From contig JAXLQJ010000021.1 in the NCBI GenBank assembly GCA_046331705.1, forward strand, positions 62,001-107,942: 45,942 nt of DNA. Direction: 5' to 3'. Shown piece after piece: positions 30,515 through 41,036 of this stretch. Source of the stretch: a bacterium. Its GTDB lineage: Bacteria > JADJOY01. Made by a program: the position numbers and the translations under genes. The notes under the pieces were generated by a model, which was given only the letters and a program-made list of their open reading frames with translations, was not told the origin of the DNA and did not search any database. Positions within the stretch are counted from its first letter, which is position 1; every line of letters starts with the position of its first letter.

Positions 30515-31900
30515 TCAATGCCCCATCCCGCTGCCGCCGCTCAGCGCCTTCACGATGTCGGCGACGAAGCCCTTGGCGTCGCCGAACAGCATCAGCGTCT
30601 TCTCGTCGAAATAGAGCTCGTTCTCGATGCCGGCGAAGCCAGGGTTCATCGAGCGCTTGATGACCATGACGGTCCGCGCCTTGTCGCAATCGATGATGGG
30701 CATGCCGTAGATCGGGCTCGACTTGTCGTGGCGCGCCGCCGGGTTGGTGACGTCGTTGGCGCCGATGACCAGCGCGACGTCCGCCTGCGGCATCTCGGGG
30801 TTGATGTCGTCCATCTCGATCAGCTTGTCGTAGGGGATGTCGGCCTCGGCGAGCAGCACGTTCATGTGGCCGGGCATGCGTCCCGCGACCGGGTGGATCG
30901 CGAACTTCATGTCGACGCCCTTCTTGGCGAGGATGTCGTGAAGCTCGCGAACCTTGTGCTGGGCTTGCGCCACCGCCATGCCGTAACCGGGAATCACCAC
31001 CACGAGCTGCGAGCTCTCGAGAATCTGCGCCGCCTCTTCCGCGCTAGCGCTCTTCACCGTGCGCTGCTCGGCCTCGCCGGCGGCCGCAGTCTGGACCTGG
31101 CCGAATGCGCCGAAGAGCACGTTGGTGAACGAGCGGTTCATCGCGCGGCACATGATGATCGACAGGATCAGACCCGAGGACCCGTCGAGGGCGCCGGCGA
31201 TGATGAGCAGCTGATTGTCGAGGACGAACCCCATCGCCACCGCCGACAGGCCGGCGTACGAGTTCAAGAGCGAGATCACCGTGGGCATGTCGGCGCCGCC
31301 GATCGGGATGATCAGGAGCACGCCGAACGCGAGCGCCAAGAGCGCGAAGATCGGGAACAGGAACTTGAGCCCGGGCGAGATGACCAGGATCACGCCGATG
31401 ACCGCCGCCAGCCCGAGCAACGACAGGTTGAACTTGTTCTGACCCTTGAACGTGATCGGGCGGGTGGGGATGAGCTCCTGGAGCTTCGCGAACGCCATGA
31501 CGCTGCCGGTGAAGGTCAGGAAGCCGAGCAACGTCTCGAACACGATGGCGCCCATCACGAACTTGGTGATGTGGGGCGCGTGCAAGTAGTACTCGGCGGT
31601 ACCGACCAGCGCCGCGGCGAGCGCGCCGAACGCGTGCGACACCGCGGTTCGTTGCGGCACCGCGGTCATCGCCACCCGCGAGATCGGAATACCCACGATG
31701 GTGCCCAGCACCAGCGCGACCAGGATGGGCGTGAAGTGGCTGACGTTGGGGAGCGCCAGCGTGCCGATGATGGCGGCCGCCATGCCGAGCACGCCCGCGA
31801 ACACACCGCGACGCGCGGTCTTGGGGTCGCTCATCCACTTGAGCGACAGGATGAACGCCGCCGCGGCGACGAGATAGATGAGTGTGATGAGAGAGCTCAT
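30515..31900 (-). CDS. pntB: NAD(P) transhydrogenase beta subunit
   Basis: IGGADMPTVISLLNSY, MCRAMNRS, PGYGMAVAQAQ, HPVAGRMPGHMNVLLAEA and GANDVTNP; ATG at 31900 overlaps the upstream stop. Confidence 0.97.
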   Translation of the reverse strand: MSSLITLIYLVAAAAFILSLKWMSDPKTARRGVFAGVLGMAAAIIGTLALPNVSHFTPILVALVLGTIVGIPISRVAMTAVPQRTAVSHAFGALAAALVGTAEYYLHAPHITKFVMGAIVFETLLGFLTFTGSVMAFAKLQELIPTRPITFKGQNKFNLSLLGLAAVIGVILVISPGLKFLFPIFALLALAFGVLLIIPIGGADMPTVISLLNSYAGLSAVAMGFVLDNQLLIIAGALDGSSGLILSIIMCRAMNRSFTNVLFGAFGQVQTAAAGEAEQRTVKSASAEEAAQILESSQLVVVIPGYGMAVAQAQHKVRELHDILAKKGVDMKFAIHPVAGRMPGHMNVLLAEADIPYDKLIEMDDINPEMPQADVALVIGANDVTNPAARHDKSSPIYGMPIIDCDKARTVMVIKRSMNPGFAGIENELYFDEKTLMLFGDAKGFVADIVKALSGGSGMGH

Positions 31901-32202
31901 GGCTTCGTCGGCTCCCGCTTCTTGAACATCTTGAGCATCCGGTCCGTGAGGAGGAAGCCGGACACGATGTTGGTCGTGGACGCGAACACCGCGATCGCGC
32001 CCAGCCACTCGGCGAACGGCGTCGTGTGCTCGGGCGCCGCGCCCGCGATCTGGATCGCGCCAACCACCGCGATGGCGGAGATCGCGTTGGTCAGCGACAT
32101 GAGCGGCGTGTGCAGCAGGCGCGACACGCCCCGGATCACCTCGATCCCGAGGAACGTGGCGAGCATGAAGATGTAGAGGCTCAGTGTGAGTTTCACGTCC
32201 AC
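31897..32202 (-). CDS. pntAB: NAD(P) transhydrogenase alpha subunit part 2
   Basis: LHTPLMSLTNAIS and GFLLTDRMLKMF. Confidence 0.95.
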   Translation of the reverse strand: MDVKLTLSLYIFMLATFLGIEVIRGVSRLLHTPLMSLTNAISAIAVVGAIQIAGAAPEHTTPFAEWLGAIAVFASTTNIVSGFLLTDRMLKMFKKREPTKP

Positions 32203-32245
32203 GGCGGGGTCGCTCCTTTCCGAAACTTCGCGGGCAGCCGAACGA

Positions 32246-33454
32246 TCAGGCGGACTTCGCGGTTTCCGCTGCGACGAGCGCGGGCAGCTTGAGCATCTCG
32301 CGCAGCCGAGCGTGCACCACCTCGTTGCCGAACGTGGTGAGCGTCTCGCGGACGATCTCGTCCTCGCGCGGCACGGGGACGGCGCCAGCCTTGGCGTCGC
32401 CGCCCGAGGTCTTCACCACGTGGAGCAGGAACGTGACGACGTTCTTCGCGTAGAGCTGGCTCGCGTGATAGGCGACGGTGGCCGGCAGGTTGAGCGTGCC
32501 GATGATCGTGACGCCGTGCTCGACCACGATCTTGCCGGCCTGGGTCAGCTCGCAGTTGCCGCCGCGCTCCGCGGCGAGATCCACGATCACCGAGCCCGGG
32601 TTCATGCCCTTCACCTGCTCGGTGGTGACCAGCACCGGTGCTTTGCCGCCCGGCACCGCGGCGGTGCAGATGACCACGTCGCTCACGGCGATCGACTTGC
32701 CCATGAGCTCGCGCTGGCGCTTGTAGAACTCCTCGCCGAGCGCCTTGGCGTAGCCGCCCGAGCCCTCGGCGCTCGCGGTATCCAGCGGGATCTCGAGGAA
32801 CTTGGCGCCGAGGCTCATGACCTGCTCTTTGACGGCGGGCCGCACGTCGTAGCCCTCCACCACGGCGCCGAGCCGCCGCGCGGTGGCGATCGCCTGCAGA
32901 CCCGCGACACCGGCGCCGATCACGAACACCTTCGCCGGCGTCACCGTGCCGGCCGCGGTCATCATCATCGGGAACATCCGCGGCACGGCCTCGGCGGCCA
33001 TGAGCACGGCCTTGTAGCCGGCGATGTTCGCCTGCGACGACAGCACGTCCATCGACTGGGCGCGCGTGATGCGCGGCACCAGCTCGAGGGCGAACGTGCT
33101 CACGCCGCGCGCCGCCAGCTCGCTCATGCGCTCGGGCGCCGCGAGCGGATCGCCGTGCCCGACCACCCATTGACCGGCGCGCATCTTGTCCAGATCGGCG
33201 CGACCCGCCTCGGGATTCGCGCCAAAGGTGCGGACCTGGAGCAAGCAATCGGATTTGGCCAGGATCTCGTCGCGATTCGCAACGATTTCAGCACCTTTGT
33301 CCTTGTACCCGGCATCGGGAAAGCCTGCCGCGTCGCCCGCACCGGCTTCGATCAAGACCTGAATGCCGGCCTTGGTCAGCGAGGGAACGACTGCGGGGAC
33401 GAGTGCCACGCGCTTTTCACCGGGGCACGTTTCCCGGAGCACTCCGGCGATCAT
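32246..33454 (-). CDS. pntAA: NAD(P) transhydrogenase alpha subunit part 1
   Basis: ATG at 33454 after GGAGG; EKRVALVP, RITRAQSMDVLSSQANIAGY, GAGVAGL and DLAAERGGNC. Confidence 0.96.
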   Translation of the reverse strand: MIAGVLRETCPGEKRVALVPAVVPSLTKAGIQVLIEAGAGDAAGFPDAGYKDKGAEIVANRDEILAKSDCLLQVRTFGANPEAGRADLDKMRAGQWVVGHGDPLAAPERMSELAARGVSTFALELVPRITRAQSMDVLSSQANIAGYKAVLMAAEAVPRMFPMMMTAAGTVTPAKVFVIGAGVAGLQAIATARRLGAVVEGYDVRPAVKEQVMSLGAKFLEIPLDTASAEGSGGYAKALGEEFYKRQRELMGKSIAVSDVVICTAAVPGGKAPVLVTTEQVKGMNPGSVIVDLAAERGGNCELTQAGKIVVEHGVTIIGTLNLPATVAYHASQLYAKNVVTFLLHVVKTSGGDAKAGAVPVPREDEIVRETLTTFGNEVVHARLREMLKLPALVAAETAKSA

Positions 33455-33716
33455 GGAACCTCCCGGATGGAGAGTGGGCGTCGAGGAAAGGGCGGAACGC
33501 GGTTTGAGGTTTTGCCGCATTTCGACGCGGCGCGGCAAGCCCGTGACAGCTCGCCCGCGTCGTCGGTGCGGGATCCCGATCGTGACGCTCGCGGCCGAGG
33601 CCCTCACCCCCGCCGCGAAACCACCGGGCGCCCCGAACGCCGCAAGGCCACGCAAGTCGGGTGCCAGCCGTCGCGTGGACGCTGGCGAAAACGACGATCG
33701 CCGCCGAAGACGCCGA

Positions 33717-35639
33717 TTATTCCGCGTCGATGCGCGCGCTGCCGGTTTTCGCGCGGGTGTCGATGAAGTCGGCGACCTGATTCAGCGCACCAGGCCGTGA
33801 CAAGAGGAGCTGGTGATTGAGCGCGGTGACGTTACTGACGTGGAACTGATAGAGCCCGCTTCCGGTCACCGGCGCGACGACGGTTTCGAGCCCGAAGACC
33901 GAGTCCAGGCTGGGCTCGACCTGCGGGACGCCGAGCGCACCCGCATAGAGCGCGGTCGCGCTCGCCGGGACGTCCACGTCGTCCATCGCCTGCTGAAGCA
34001 GCACGTCTTTCGGGCGTTGGCCCGGGAATGGATCGTCGATCACGTGCGGGCTGAAGCTCCCCGGATCGATGGTGTCGAAGAACAGCTGCAGGATGGGGAC
34101 GAGCACGAGCCGATCAGCGGCCGTCGCGCCGGCAGGCAGCATGCCGTCGAGGATGGAACCGAGCCCGGGGCTCTGCTGGAAGAGCGAGATGAAACCCGCG
34201 CCAGGAACGTTGAGGACCGCCGCGCCGATCGCGGGCTCGACCGCCAGCAGCGCGCCGCCGAGCGTGGATCCCAGGGACTGGCCCACGAACGCGACAGGCG
34301 CCGGCGCCAGGTCGGGCACGCCGTCCCCACCCGCGGGCAGCACGTCGAGGGTCGTGAGCGCGCCTTCGACGAGACGCACGAGCTGCAGCTCGTCGGCCAC
34401 CGTCTGCAGCAACAGATCGCGCCCCTCGAGCAGCCGCTCGAAGGTGAGGTACTCGGGCATCGGCCCGTCCTCGCCGAGCCGCGAGTGGTGACCGGGAATG
34501 TCGATGCCGATGGTCGCGTAACCACGCTGGCCCACCGCCGAGGTGATCTGAAGCATCGTTTCCTTGAACGCGCCGAGCCCGTGACCGAACACCACCACCG
34601 GCGCGCGGCCGGCTCCCGCCTTGGGAAGCTTGAGGAGAAACTCGAGCTCGTGCTCGCGCTGCTCGATCGGGCGTCCGCGCGAGTCCCACGCGATGCGGTG
34701 ATCGGCGTCGCGATAGTCCGGCGCGGTCAAGTAGCCGATCACTCCCGCCGCCACTCCCTTGGTCTCGAGCGCCGGCAGCGGCTGCACGATCTGCCCGACG
34801 CGAAACCGCGGCGGATTCGTCCTGGCGCGCTCGAAGATCGCGCGGGCGAGCGCGCGCAGGTCGCGGGTGACCAGCTCGTTGCTGCGCACGGTGAATGCCG
34901 TGGCGAGCACCGCGTGCGCGGGATCCTCCCGCAGCGCCGAGACCAGCGTGGCGAGCACCGGCTGGAAGGCGTCGCGCACGCGCTCGGCGTCGGAGTCGCC
35001 ACCCGTCGCCGGGGCCAGGACGCGCCGGAAGCCTTCGAACGCGGGCATCGGCGCGCCATCCGCCGTGCGCACGCGATCGGTGACCAGCGCCACGATCGTG
35101 TGATGGCTGGCGAACGGCGTCTGCGGAACGAGCGACAAGAGCGCGCGCGGGATCGCCTCCCCAGCGGCGCGCCCGTCGAGCAGCGCGCGGAACGCGAGCG
35201 GCTGGCCCGCGTCGACGTCCCAGAGGCGGACGCTCGCGTCCGGCTGGATCGACTGCGCGGGATCGGTGGGGAGCGACGCCGGATCGGGCAGCGCGGGAAG
35301 CGGCATCATCACGGGGGCGAGCGCGCTCCATCCGTCGGCTCCCGCGAGCAACTCGGGCGGATAGCGGCGCATCATCTCCGCGGTCGCCGGGGTGCGAAAG
35401 CTCTCCGCGTGAAGATCGAGGGAGAGGCCGGTCGCCGTGGCTGCCGGCTTCGTGAAGAGGTTCGTCGGAAACGGGAAGTAACAGTCGTCGGTCAGCCCCG
35501 TGCAGGTGATCGCGCGAGCGGGCACGGAAGCCGGCGTGCGCGCGACGGAGTGGCTGTCGCCGCAGCCCGACGTTGGCGCGGCGAGTGCCGCGAAGGCGAC
35601 GGCGGCGACCGCCCGCCGCGCTGGAACGGCGCGCATCAT
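33717..35639 (-). CDS. Alpha/beta-hydrolase (lipase-like) lipoprotein, paralog 2
   Basis: Lipobox TSGC; VVFGHGLG; GQSLG nucleophile elbow; DDVDVP; NH near the C-terminus. Confidence 0.82.
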   Translation of the reverse strand: MMRAVPARRAVAAVAFAALAAPTSGCGDSHSVARTPASVPARAITCTGLTDDCYFPFPTNLFTKPAATATGLSLDLHAESFRTPATAEMMRRYPPELLAGADGWSALAPVMMPLPALPDPASLPTDPAQSIQPDASVRLWDVDAGQPLAFRALLDGRAAGEAIPRALLSLVPQTPFASHHTIVALVTDRVRTADGAPMPAFEGFRRVLAPATGGDSDAERVRDAFQPVLATLVSALREDPAHAVLATAFTVRSNELVTRDLRALARAIFERARTNPPRFRVGQIVQPLPALETKGVAAGVIGYLTAPDYRDADHRIAWDSRGRPIEQREHELEFLLKLPKAGAGRAPVVVFGHGLGAFKETMLQITSAVGQRGYATIGIDIPGHHSRLGEDGPMPEYLTFERLLEGRDLLLQTVADELQLVRLVEGALTTLDVLPAGGDGVPDLAPAPVAFVGQSLGSTLGGALLAVEPAIGAAVLNVPGAGFISLFQQSPGLGSILDGMLPAGATAADRLVLVPILQLFFDTIDPGSFSPHVIDDPFPGQRPKDVLLQQAMDDVDVPASATALYAGALGVPQVEPSLDSVFGLETVVAPVTGSGLYQFHVSNVTALNHQLLLSRPGALNQVADFIDTRAKTGSARIDAE

Positions 35640-37570
35640 TCGGCGTCGATTCGCGCGGTGCCGGTCTTGGCGCGACTGTCGATGAACTCGGCCACCTGGT
35701 CGAGCGCTCCCGGGCGCGAGAGCAGGAAGCCGTGGTTGATGAACCCGCTGTCGCTGACGCGGAACTGATAGAGCCCGCTGCCTTCGGCGGGTGCCGCGAT
35801 CTTGGCCAAGCTGAAGATCGGGTCGAGGTCCGGCTCGACCTGCGGCAGGTCGAGCGACGCGGCGAGCAGCTCGGTGGCTGCGTTCGGCATGATGCCGTCG
35901 TCCATCGATTCCTGGATCAGCACGTCCTTCGGCGCGTAGCCGGGGAACGGGTCGCGCGTGACGTGCGGACCGAAGTTCGCGGGATCGACGTCGTCCACGA
36001 GCATCTGCGCGAGCGGGATCAGCACCATGCGGTCGTCCGGCGTGGCGCCGGCAGGCAGGAAGCCGTCGAGGATGCCGCCGAGCTGCTCGCTCTGCTGGAG
36101 CAGCGACGCGAAACCGCCGCCGGGCACGTTGAGGACGCCCGCGCCGATCGACGGCTCCACCGCCAGGTACGTGCCGCCCAGCACCGTGCCCAGCGATTGG
36201 CCCACGAATGCGATGGGGCCCGCGGCGAGATCCGGGACCCCGTCGCCGCTGCCGCCCGGCGAGACGTCGAGCGTGGTGAGCGCACCCTCCACCAAGCGCA
36301 CGAGCTGCATCTCGTCGGCGATGGTCTGCATGAAGAGATCGCGCGTCTCGAGCAACCGCGTGAACGTGAAGTAGCTCGCGATGAAGCCGTCCTCGCCGAT
36401 GCGCGAGCCGTGCGCGGCGACGTCGATGCCGATGGTGGCGTAGCCGCGCTCACCCAGCTTGCTGGTGATCTGCAGCATCGTTTCCTTGATCGCGCCGAGC
36501 CCGTGACCGAACACCACCACCGGCGCGTGTCCGGCGCTCGCCTTCGGCAGCTTGAGCAGGAACTCGAGCTGGTGCTCGCGCTGCTCGACGGGGCGGCCTT
36601 GCTCGTCCCACACGATTCGCCCATCGGCCCCGCGATAGTCGGGCGTGCTCATGCGCCCGATCACGCCGAGCTCGACTCCCTTGGTCTCGAGCGCCGGCAG
36701 CGGCGGGTTGATCGCGACGATCTCGAAGCGCGGCGGGTTGCGCTTGGCGCGTTCCAGGTTCGCGTTCGCGAGCGCCCGCATGCCGCGGGTGATCGGATCG
36801 TTCGAGCGCACGGTGAACGCCGTGGCCACCACGACGTGCGCCGGGTCCTCGGCCATCGCGCCGCGAATCGAGGCGAGCACGGGCTGATAAGCGGCGCGAG
36901 CCCGCGCGGCGTCGGTGTCGGAGGCCGCGGTGGGATCCAGCAAGCGCTGAAAGCCGGGATACGCCGGCATCGCGCGACCGTCGGCGGTGCGCACGCGATC
37001 CGTCACCAGCGCGATGAGCGTGTGGCGATTGGCGAAGGGCGCTTGCGGGATGAGCGAGAGCACCGCGTGCGGCGCGGCGTCGTTCGCGGCGCGATCGTCG
37101 AGGCGAGCGCGAAACGCGACGGGACGTGCCGCGTCGACGTCCCAGATCCGGATGCTCGCGTCGGCGGCGATGGATGCGGCGGGATCCGTCGGTAGCGTGG
37201 CCACGTCGGGCAGCTCGGGCAGCGGCACGACCACCGGTGCCACCGGGCTGAACCCGTCGGCGCCATTCAGCAGCGCCGGCGGATACGTCGTCAGCACTTG
37301 CTCGGTCACCGGCGACGGGAAGTTCTCGGCGCGAATGTCGAGGGTGAGGCCGGTCGGAGTGCTCGCGGGCTTGGCGAAAAGATTGGTCGGGAACGGGAAG
37401 TAGCAAGTGTCGGTGACGCTCGTGCACGCGAGCGGTTGATCCGGCACACCGAGCGCCGTGGTGGTCGGCTCGCCGCCGCCACATCCCGAGAGCGCGGCGG
37501 CGGTCAGCACGACGGTCGCGAAACAGGAACGAAACCACGGGAAGCGAGGCCGTGTGGAAGGTCGGTGCAT
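35636..37570 (-). CDS. Alpha/beta-hydrolase (lipase-like) lipoprotein, paralog 1
   Basis: Lipobox LSGC; VVFGHGLG; GQSLG; DDGIMP; INHG; colinear with the downstream paralog. Confidence 0.82.
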   Translation of the reverse strand: MHRPSTRPRFPWFRSCFATVVLTAAALSGCGGGEPTTTALGVPDQPLACTSVTDTCYFPFPTNLFAKPASTPTGLTLDIRAENFPSPVTEQVLTTYPPALLNGADGFSPVAPVVVPLPELPDVATLPTDPAASIAADASIRIWDVDAARPVAFRARLDDRAANDAAPHAVLSLIPQAPFANRHTLIALVTDRVRTADGRAMPAYPGFQRLLDPTAASDTDAARARAAYQPVLASIRGAMAEDPAHVVVATAFTVRSNDPITRGMRALANANLERAKRNPPRFEIVAINPPLPALETKGVELGVIGRMSTPDYRGADGRIVWDEQGRPVEQREHQLEFLLKLPKASAGHAPVVVFGHGLGAIKETMLQITSKLGERGYATIGIDVAAHGSRIGEDGFIASYFTFTRLLETRDLFMQTIADEMQLVRLVEGALTTLDVSPGGSGDGVPDLAAGPIAFVGQSLGTVLGGTYLAVEPSIGAGVLNVPGGGFASLLQQSEQLGGILDGFLPAGATPDDRMVLIPLAQMLVDDVDPANFGPHVTRDPFPGYAPKDVLIQESMDDGIMPNAATELLAASLDLPQVEPDLDPIFSLAKIAAPAEGSGLYQFRVSDSGFINHGFLLSRPGALDQVAEFIDSRAKTGTARIDAE

Positions 37571-37740
37571 GGGATCGCTCGCGAGGGGTGGTGAGGCGTT
37601 GCTTACTTTGCACGACGCGGTAGGCCGGTCAACAGCGCTTTGCTACCATGCTTGCGAACGACGCCTACCCGGGGCGTCCCGTTCGGGTCCGCGCCTCGAA
37701 TCTCCCGCCTCGCGCGGCCCTCCGCGTTTCGGAGGACGCC

Positions 37741-39429
37741 ATGGTTGCTCGATCTGCGCGCCGACCGGCGCCGCGCACGGCGGCGCTCGGTGGGATGGCT
37801 CTTCTCGTCGTTTGCGTGCTCGGGCTCACCACGTGCGGGGGTGGCACCGATGGCGCGCCACCGTGCGAGATCGGGGCGTGTCCGCCCGCGCTCACGCTCG
37901 AGATCACCGCCAACGACGGAGGCGGCGCGGTGAAGGACGTGGGCATTTCGGGCGCCAGCTTCGCGTGCAGCGAGGTCCCGGGCGCGACGGTGTGCACCTC
38001 CGTCGACGGGAGCGCTGGCGACTACCACCTCACGATCACCGCTCCCGGCTTCGCGTCGACGACGCTCGACACGACGGTGGACGCGAATCCCGAGCGCTGT
38101 AGCTGCGGCTACTTTCCAGCGACGGTGGCGGTCCAGCTCGGCCACCTCACGTGCGACGCGCGTCCCGCGGTCGCAGCGGATAGCGCGCCGCTGTCACTCG
38201 CCGCAGCCGAGCCGGGCAGCACCGAAACAGCGTCGGTCTCTCGATACCAGCGGACGTTCCCCAGCGGCGTTCGGAGCCGTGCGAACGACGTGATGGCTCT
38301 CGATGACGGTGGTTTCGTGGTCGCCGGCGAAGGTTCGCCGGCCGATTCGTCGTTCCAGGAGATGCGAATCGTGCGAACCGACGCCTCGGCGCAGGTGGTC
38401 TGGGACCACGCGTATCCAGGCGCGATCGGGGGCTTCCCCGGCAGCTCCGCGAGCGTCGTTGGAGCCACCGCGGATGGTGGTCTCTTCGCCGCGGGGTATG
38501 CAGTCGGAGCGTGGCTCAACGTGGTGGCGCTGACGCAGGCGTACCTGGTCGAGCTGGACACGGATGGGTCGGAGCTGCATCGGATCGTTTGGCCCGCATT
38601 TCAGCTGGGCTACGACGCCATTCAGGACGGCCTCGGAACCGCTGCCGGCGGCTTGCTGCTGGTCGGGGCGACGGTTCCCGAGCCGTACCACCTGCCTCCG
38701 TGGGAGGTGCCGCCCGGCGCCGCGTTCGTCGTGGCGGTCGATGTCGCCGGCCAGGGGGTCGCGAGCGCGACGAGCCTGGATGAGGCCGGACGTGCTGCGT
38801 TCGCCGATGCGATCGTCGAGCTCGGCGCCGCCGGGTATCGCCTCGCAGGCGGCAGCCACGACGCGTTCGGCCAGCGTCTCTTCCTCGCGGAAGTCGCGCC
38901 GGACGGAACCGTGACGTCGCGCCGCAGCTTCTGCGGCAGCGACGTGGGTGGAGCGAGCGCCGCCGTTGGGCTCCTGGACGGCGGCATGATCGTCGCGGGT
39001 CAGACGAGCGTTCCACCTGGCGACACCGTCGCGCCGCATGGCTTCGTTGCGCGCCTCGATGCCAGCGGCGGTCTGGTTTGGACGAGGGTCCTCGCGGGCG
39101 CTGGCGCGATCTCCGTCAGCGGCGTAGCACTTGGCGCCGCCGACACGCTCGCGGTCGTGGGCACGATGACCACCGCGACGAACGCATCCGACGGGTTCCT
39201 CGCGAAGCTCGACCTCGGAGGGAACCTCGCGTGGGTGAGGACGTACGGCGGCGACTTCGAGGACGGATTCTCGGCCATCGACGCGACCGCCGACGGCGGT
39301 TTCGTGATCGCCGGCGCGCTCGGTCGCGCGCCGCTTGCCGACGGCACGCAGACGACGGACTCCTGGCTGGTCCGCACCGACGCCGAGGGTCGCACCGGTC
39401 CACTCCCCGCCGCGGACCCGGCGCGCTGA
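37741..39429 (+). CDS. Hypothetical secreted/lipoprotein with probable beta-propeller repeats
   Basis: Hydrophobic leader ending LTTC; repeated DGGFVVAG / FVARLDASGGLVW / FLAKLDLGGNLAWVRTYGG blades. Start is uncertain (37648, 37741 or 37795). Confidence 0.7.
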   Translation: MVARSARRPAPRTAALGGMALLVVCVLGLTTCGGGTDGAPPCEIGACPPALTLEITANDGGGAVKDVGISGASFACSEVPGATVCTSVDGSAGDYHLTITAPGFASTTLDTTVDANPERCSCGYFPATVAVQLGHLTCDARPAVAADSAPLSLAAAEPGSTETASVSRYQRTFPSGVRSRANDVMALDDGGFVVAGEGSPADSSFQEMRIVRTDASAQVVWDHAYPGAIGGFPGSSASVVGATADGGLFAAGYAVGAWLNVVALTQAYLVELDTDGSELHRIVWPAFQLGYDAIQDGLGTAAGGLLLVGATVPEPYHLPPWEVPPGAAFVVAVDVAGQGVASATSLDEAGRAAFADAIVELGAAGYRLAGGSHDAFGQRLFLAEVAPDGTVTSRRSFCGSDVGGASAAVGLLDGGMIVAGQTSVPPGDTVAPHGFVARLDASGGLVWTRVLAGAGAISVSGVALGAADTLAVVGTMTTATNASDGFLAKLDLGGNLAWVRTYGGDFEDGFSAIDATADGGFVIAGALGRAPLADGTQTTDSWLVRTDAEGRTGPLPAADPAR

Positions 39430-39502
39430 GATGCGAACGGCCCGACGCCGGGAGGCGTCGGGCCGCTGGATCGCTCGCGCGGGGCGAGCGCTGGAACGGG
39501 GC

Positions 39503-40114
39503 TCAGAAGTAGAAGTTCGCGCGCGCCGTGATCTGCAGGAAGTCGGGGTAATCGGTGAGGTCGGTGTCCTTGATCTGCGGGATCGAGTCGAAGCTGTCCG
39601 AGAAGATCAGGTTGTAGCGAACGTCCGGACCCACGGTGATGTGGTCGCCGAGCTCGATCTCGAGGCCTCCGCCCAGGATCAGGCCGAACTCGTTTTGGTC
39701 GTTCTGGACGAGCTTCTCGGCCTGGTTGATGGAGTCGAAGGCCTGGAAATCCACGACGTGGTAGGCGCCACCGATGAGGACGTAGAGGCGTACCGGGCTG
39801 AGGTCGATGTTGTAGCGAGCCGAGAGACCCAGCGACAGCACGTCGAGATCGCCGCCGGCGGAGCCCACGATCGGCAGGCTCACCTCGTTGCCGTCGAAGC
39901 TCGCGTACTTGGCGGTGAACTCGATGGCCGGGCCATCGAAGTCGACGCCGATCGCACCGCCGTAGACCAAGTCGTCGTCGAACTCGTCGTTACCCAGCAA
40001 GAAAGTCCAGCCCAGGTCGCCGCCCAGGTAGAAGCGCGCGGCGTGGGCGCCCGGCGCGAAGCTCACGCTCGCGAGCGCGGCGACGAACAGGTATGCGATG
40101 ACTCGTTTGGTCAT
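39503..40114 (-). CDS. Small outer-membrane beta-barrel protein (OmpA/OmpW-like transmembrane domain)
   Basis: Signal peptide ending AHA; alternating beta strands; C-terminal aromatic ARANFYF; GGAG RBS. Confidence 0.85.
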   Translation of the reverse strand: MTKRVIAYLFVAALASVSFAPGAHAARFYLGGDLGWTFLLGNDEFDDDLVYGGAIGVDFDGPAIEFTAKYASFDGNEVSLPIVGSAGGDLDVLSLGLSARYNIDLSPVRLYVLIGGAYHVVDFQAFDSINQAEKLVQNDQNEFGLILGGGLEIELGDHITVGPDVRYNLIFSDSFDSIPQIKDTDLTDYPDFLQITARANFYF

Positions 40115-40241
40115 GCTCGCTCCCTCCGATGCTACGAGTGGATCGAGGCGCCGCGTGGCGGCGGCTTCGATCGCGCGTGTATAACATTGCGTCGACGGGC
40201 GTCACAACCGACCGCCGGCCCTGCGCCGCCGGCGCTTTCGC

Positions 40242-40988
40242 ATGACGAATCCGGAGCTTCGCTCGAACGCCACGCCATCCGCCAGCGCGCGGGATCGGTT
40301 GCGCCTACGCTTGGCCGGAGTCGTGGCGTTGCTGCTCGTGGGCGCAGCGGTGGGGTGGAGCGTGATGCGTTGGCGCGGCGGCGGCGGCGCCGTCGACCTG
40401 GTGGCGTGGATGGGGCGGTTCCGCGCCAGCCCGCTCGCCGTTCCCGCGACCCTCGGCATCTACGTGGCGGCCGGGCTCACGTTGATGCCCATGTCGTTCG
40501 TGATGATGGCCACCGGGCTCTCGTTCGGTCCCGTGCTCGGCGCGGCGCTGGCGCTCTCGGGTTGCTTGCTCAGCGCCGTCCTCAACTACGCGATCGGCGC
40601 GGCGCTGGGCCGCGACCTGGTGCATCGGGTGCGCTCGCCCCGGCTCCGGCAGCTCAATCGCTTCCTGGGAGCGCACGGCTTCGCGGCGATCGCCACCGTG
40701 CGCATCGTCCCGGTGGCGCCGTTCGGGCTCGTGAACCTGGTCGCGGGCGCCTCGGACATCCGCTTTCGCGACTACTGGTGGGGAACGGTGGCGCTGCTGA
40801 CGCCCAGCGTGATCCTGTCGAGTCTGTTCGGCGATCGCATCGGGGAGCTCGCGCGGAATCCGAGCGTCGCCACGTTCGCGTCATTGGTGGCCGTGCTCGG
40901 GATCCTGCTGGCGGTCGGCTACTGGCTGCGAAACAAGGTCCGTCAACGCGCGGATGCCGCGATTGTGCCTACGGGCGAACCGTACTAA
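40242..40988 (+). CDS. TVP38/TMEM64 (DedA/VTT) family membrane protein
   Basis: GLSFGP, YAIGAALG, VRIVPVAPFGLVNLVAG and YWWGT. Confidence 0.9.
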   Translation: MTNPELRSNATPSASARDRLRLRLAGVVALLLVGAAVGWSVMRWRGGGGAVDLVAWMGRFRASPLAVPATLGIYVAAGLTLMPMSFVMMATGLSFGPVLGAALALSGCLLSAVLNYAIGAALGRDLVHRVRSPRLRQLNRFLGAHGFAAIATVRIVPVAPFGLVNLVAGASDIRFRDYWWGTVALLTPSVILSSLFGDRIGELARNPSVATFASLVAVLGILLAVGYWLRNKVRQRADAAIVPTGEPY

Positions 40989-41036
40989 AACTCGCCCGCG
41001 ATTCGAACGAACGATCGAAGGAGAACCAACGCCGCG

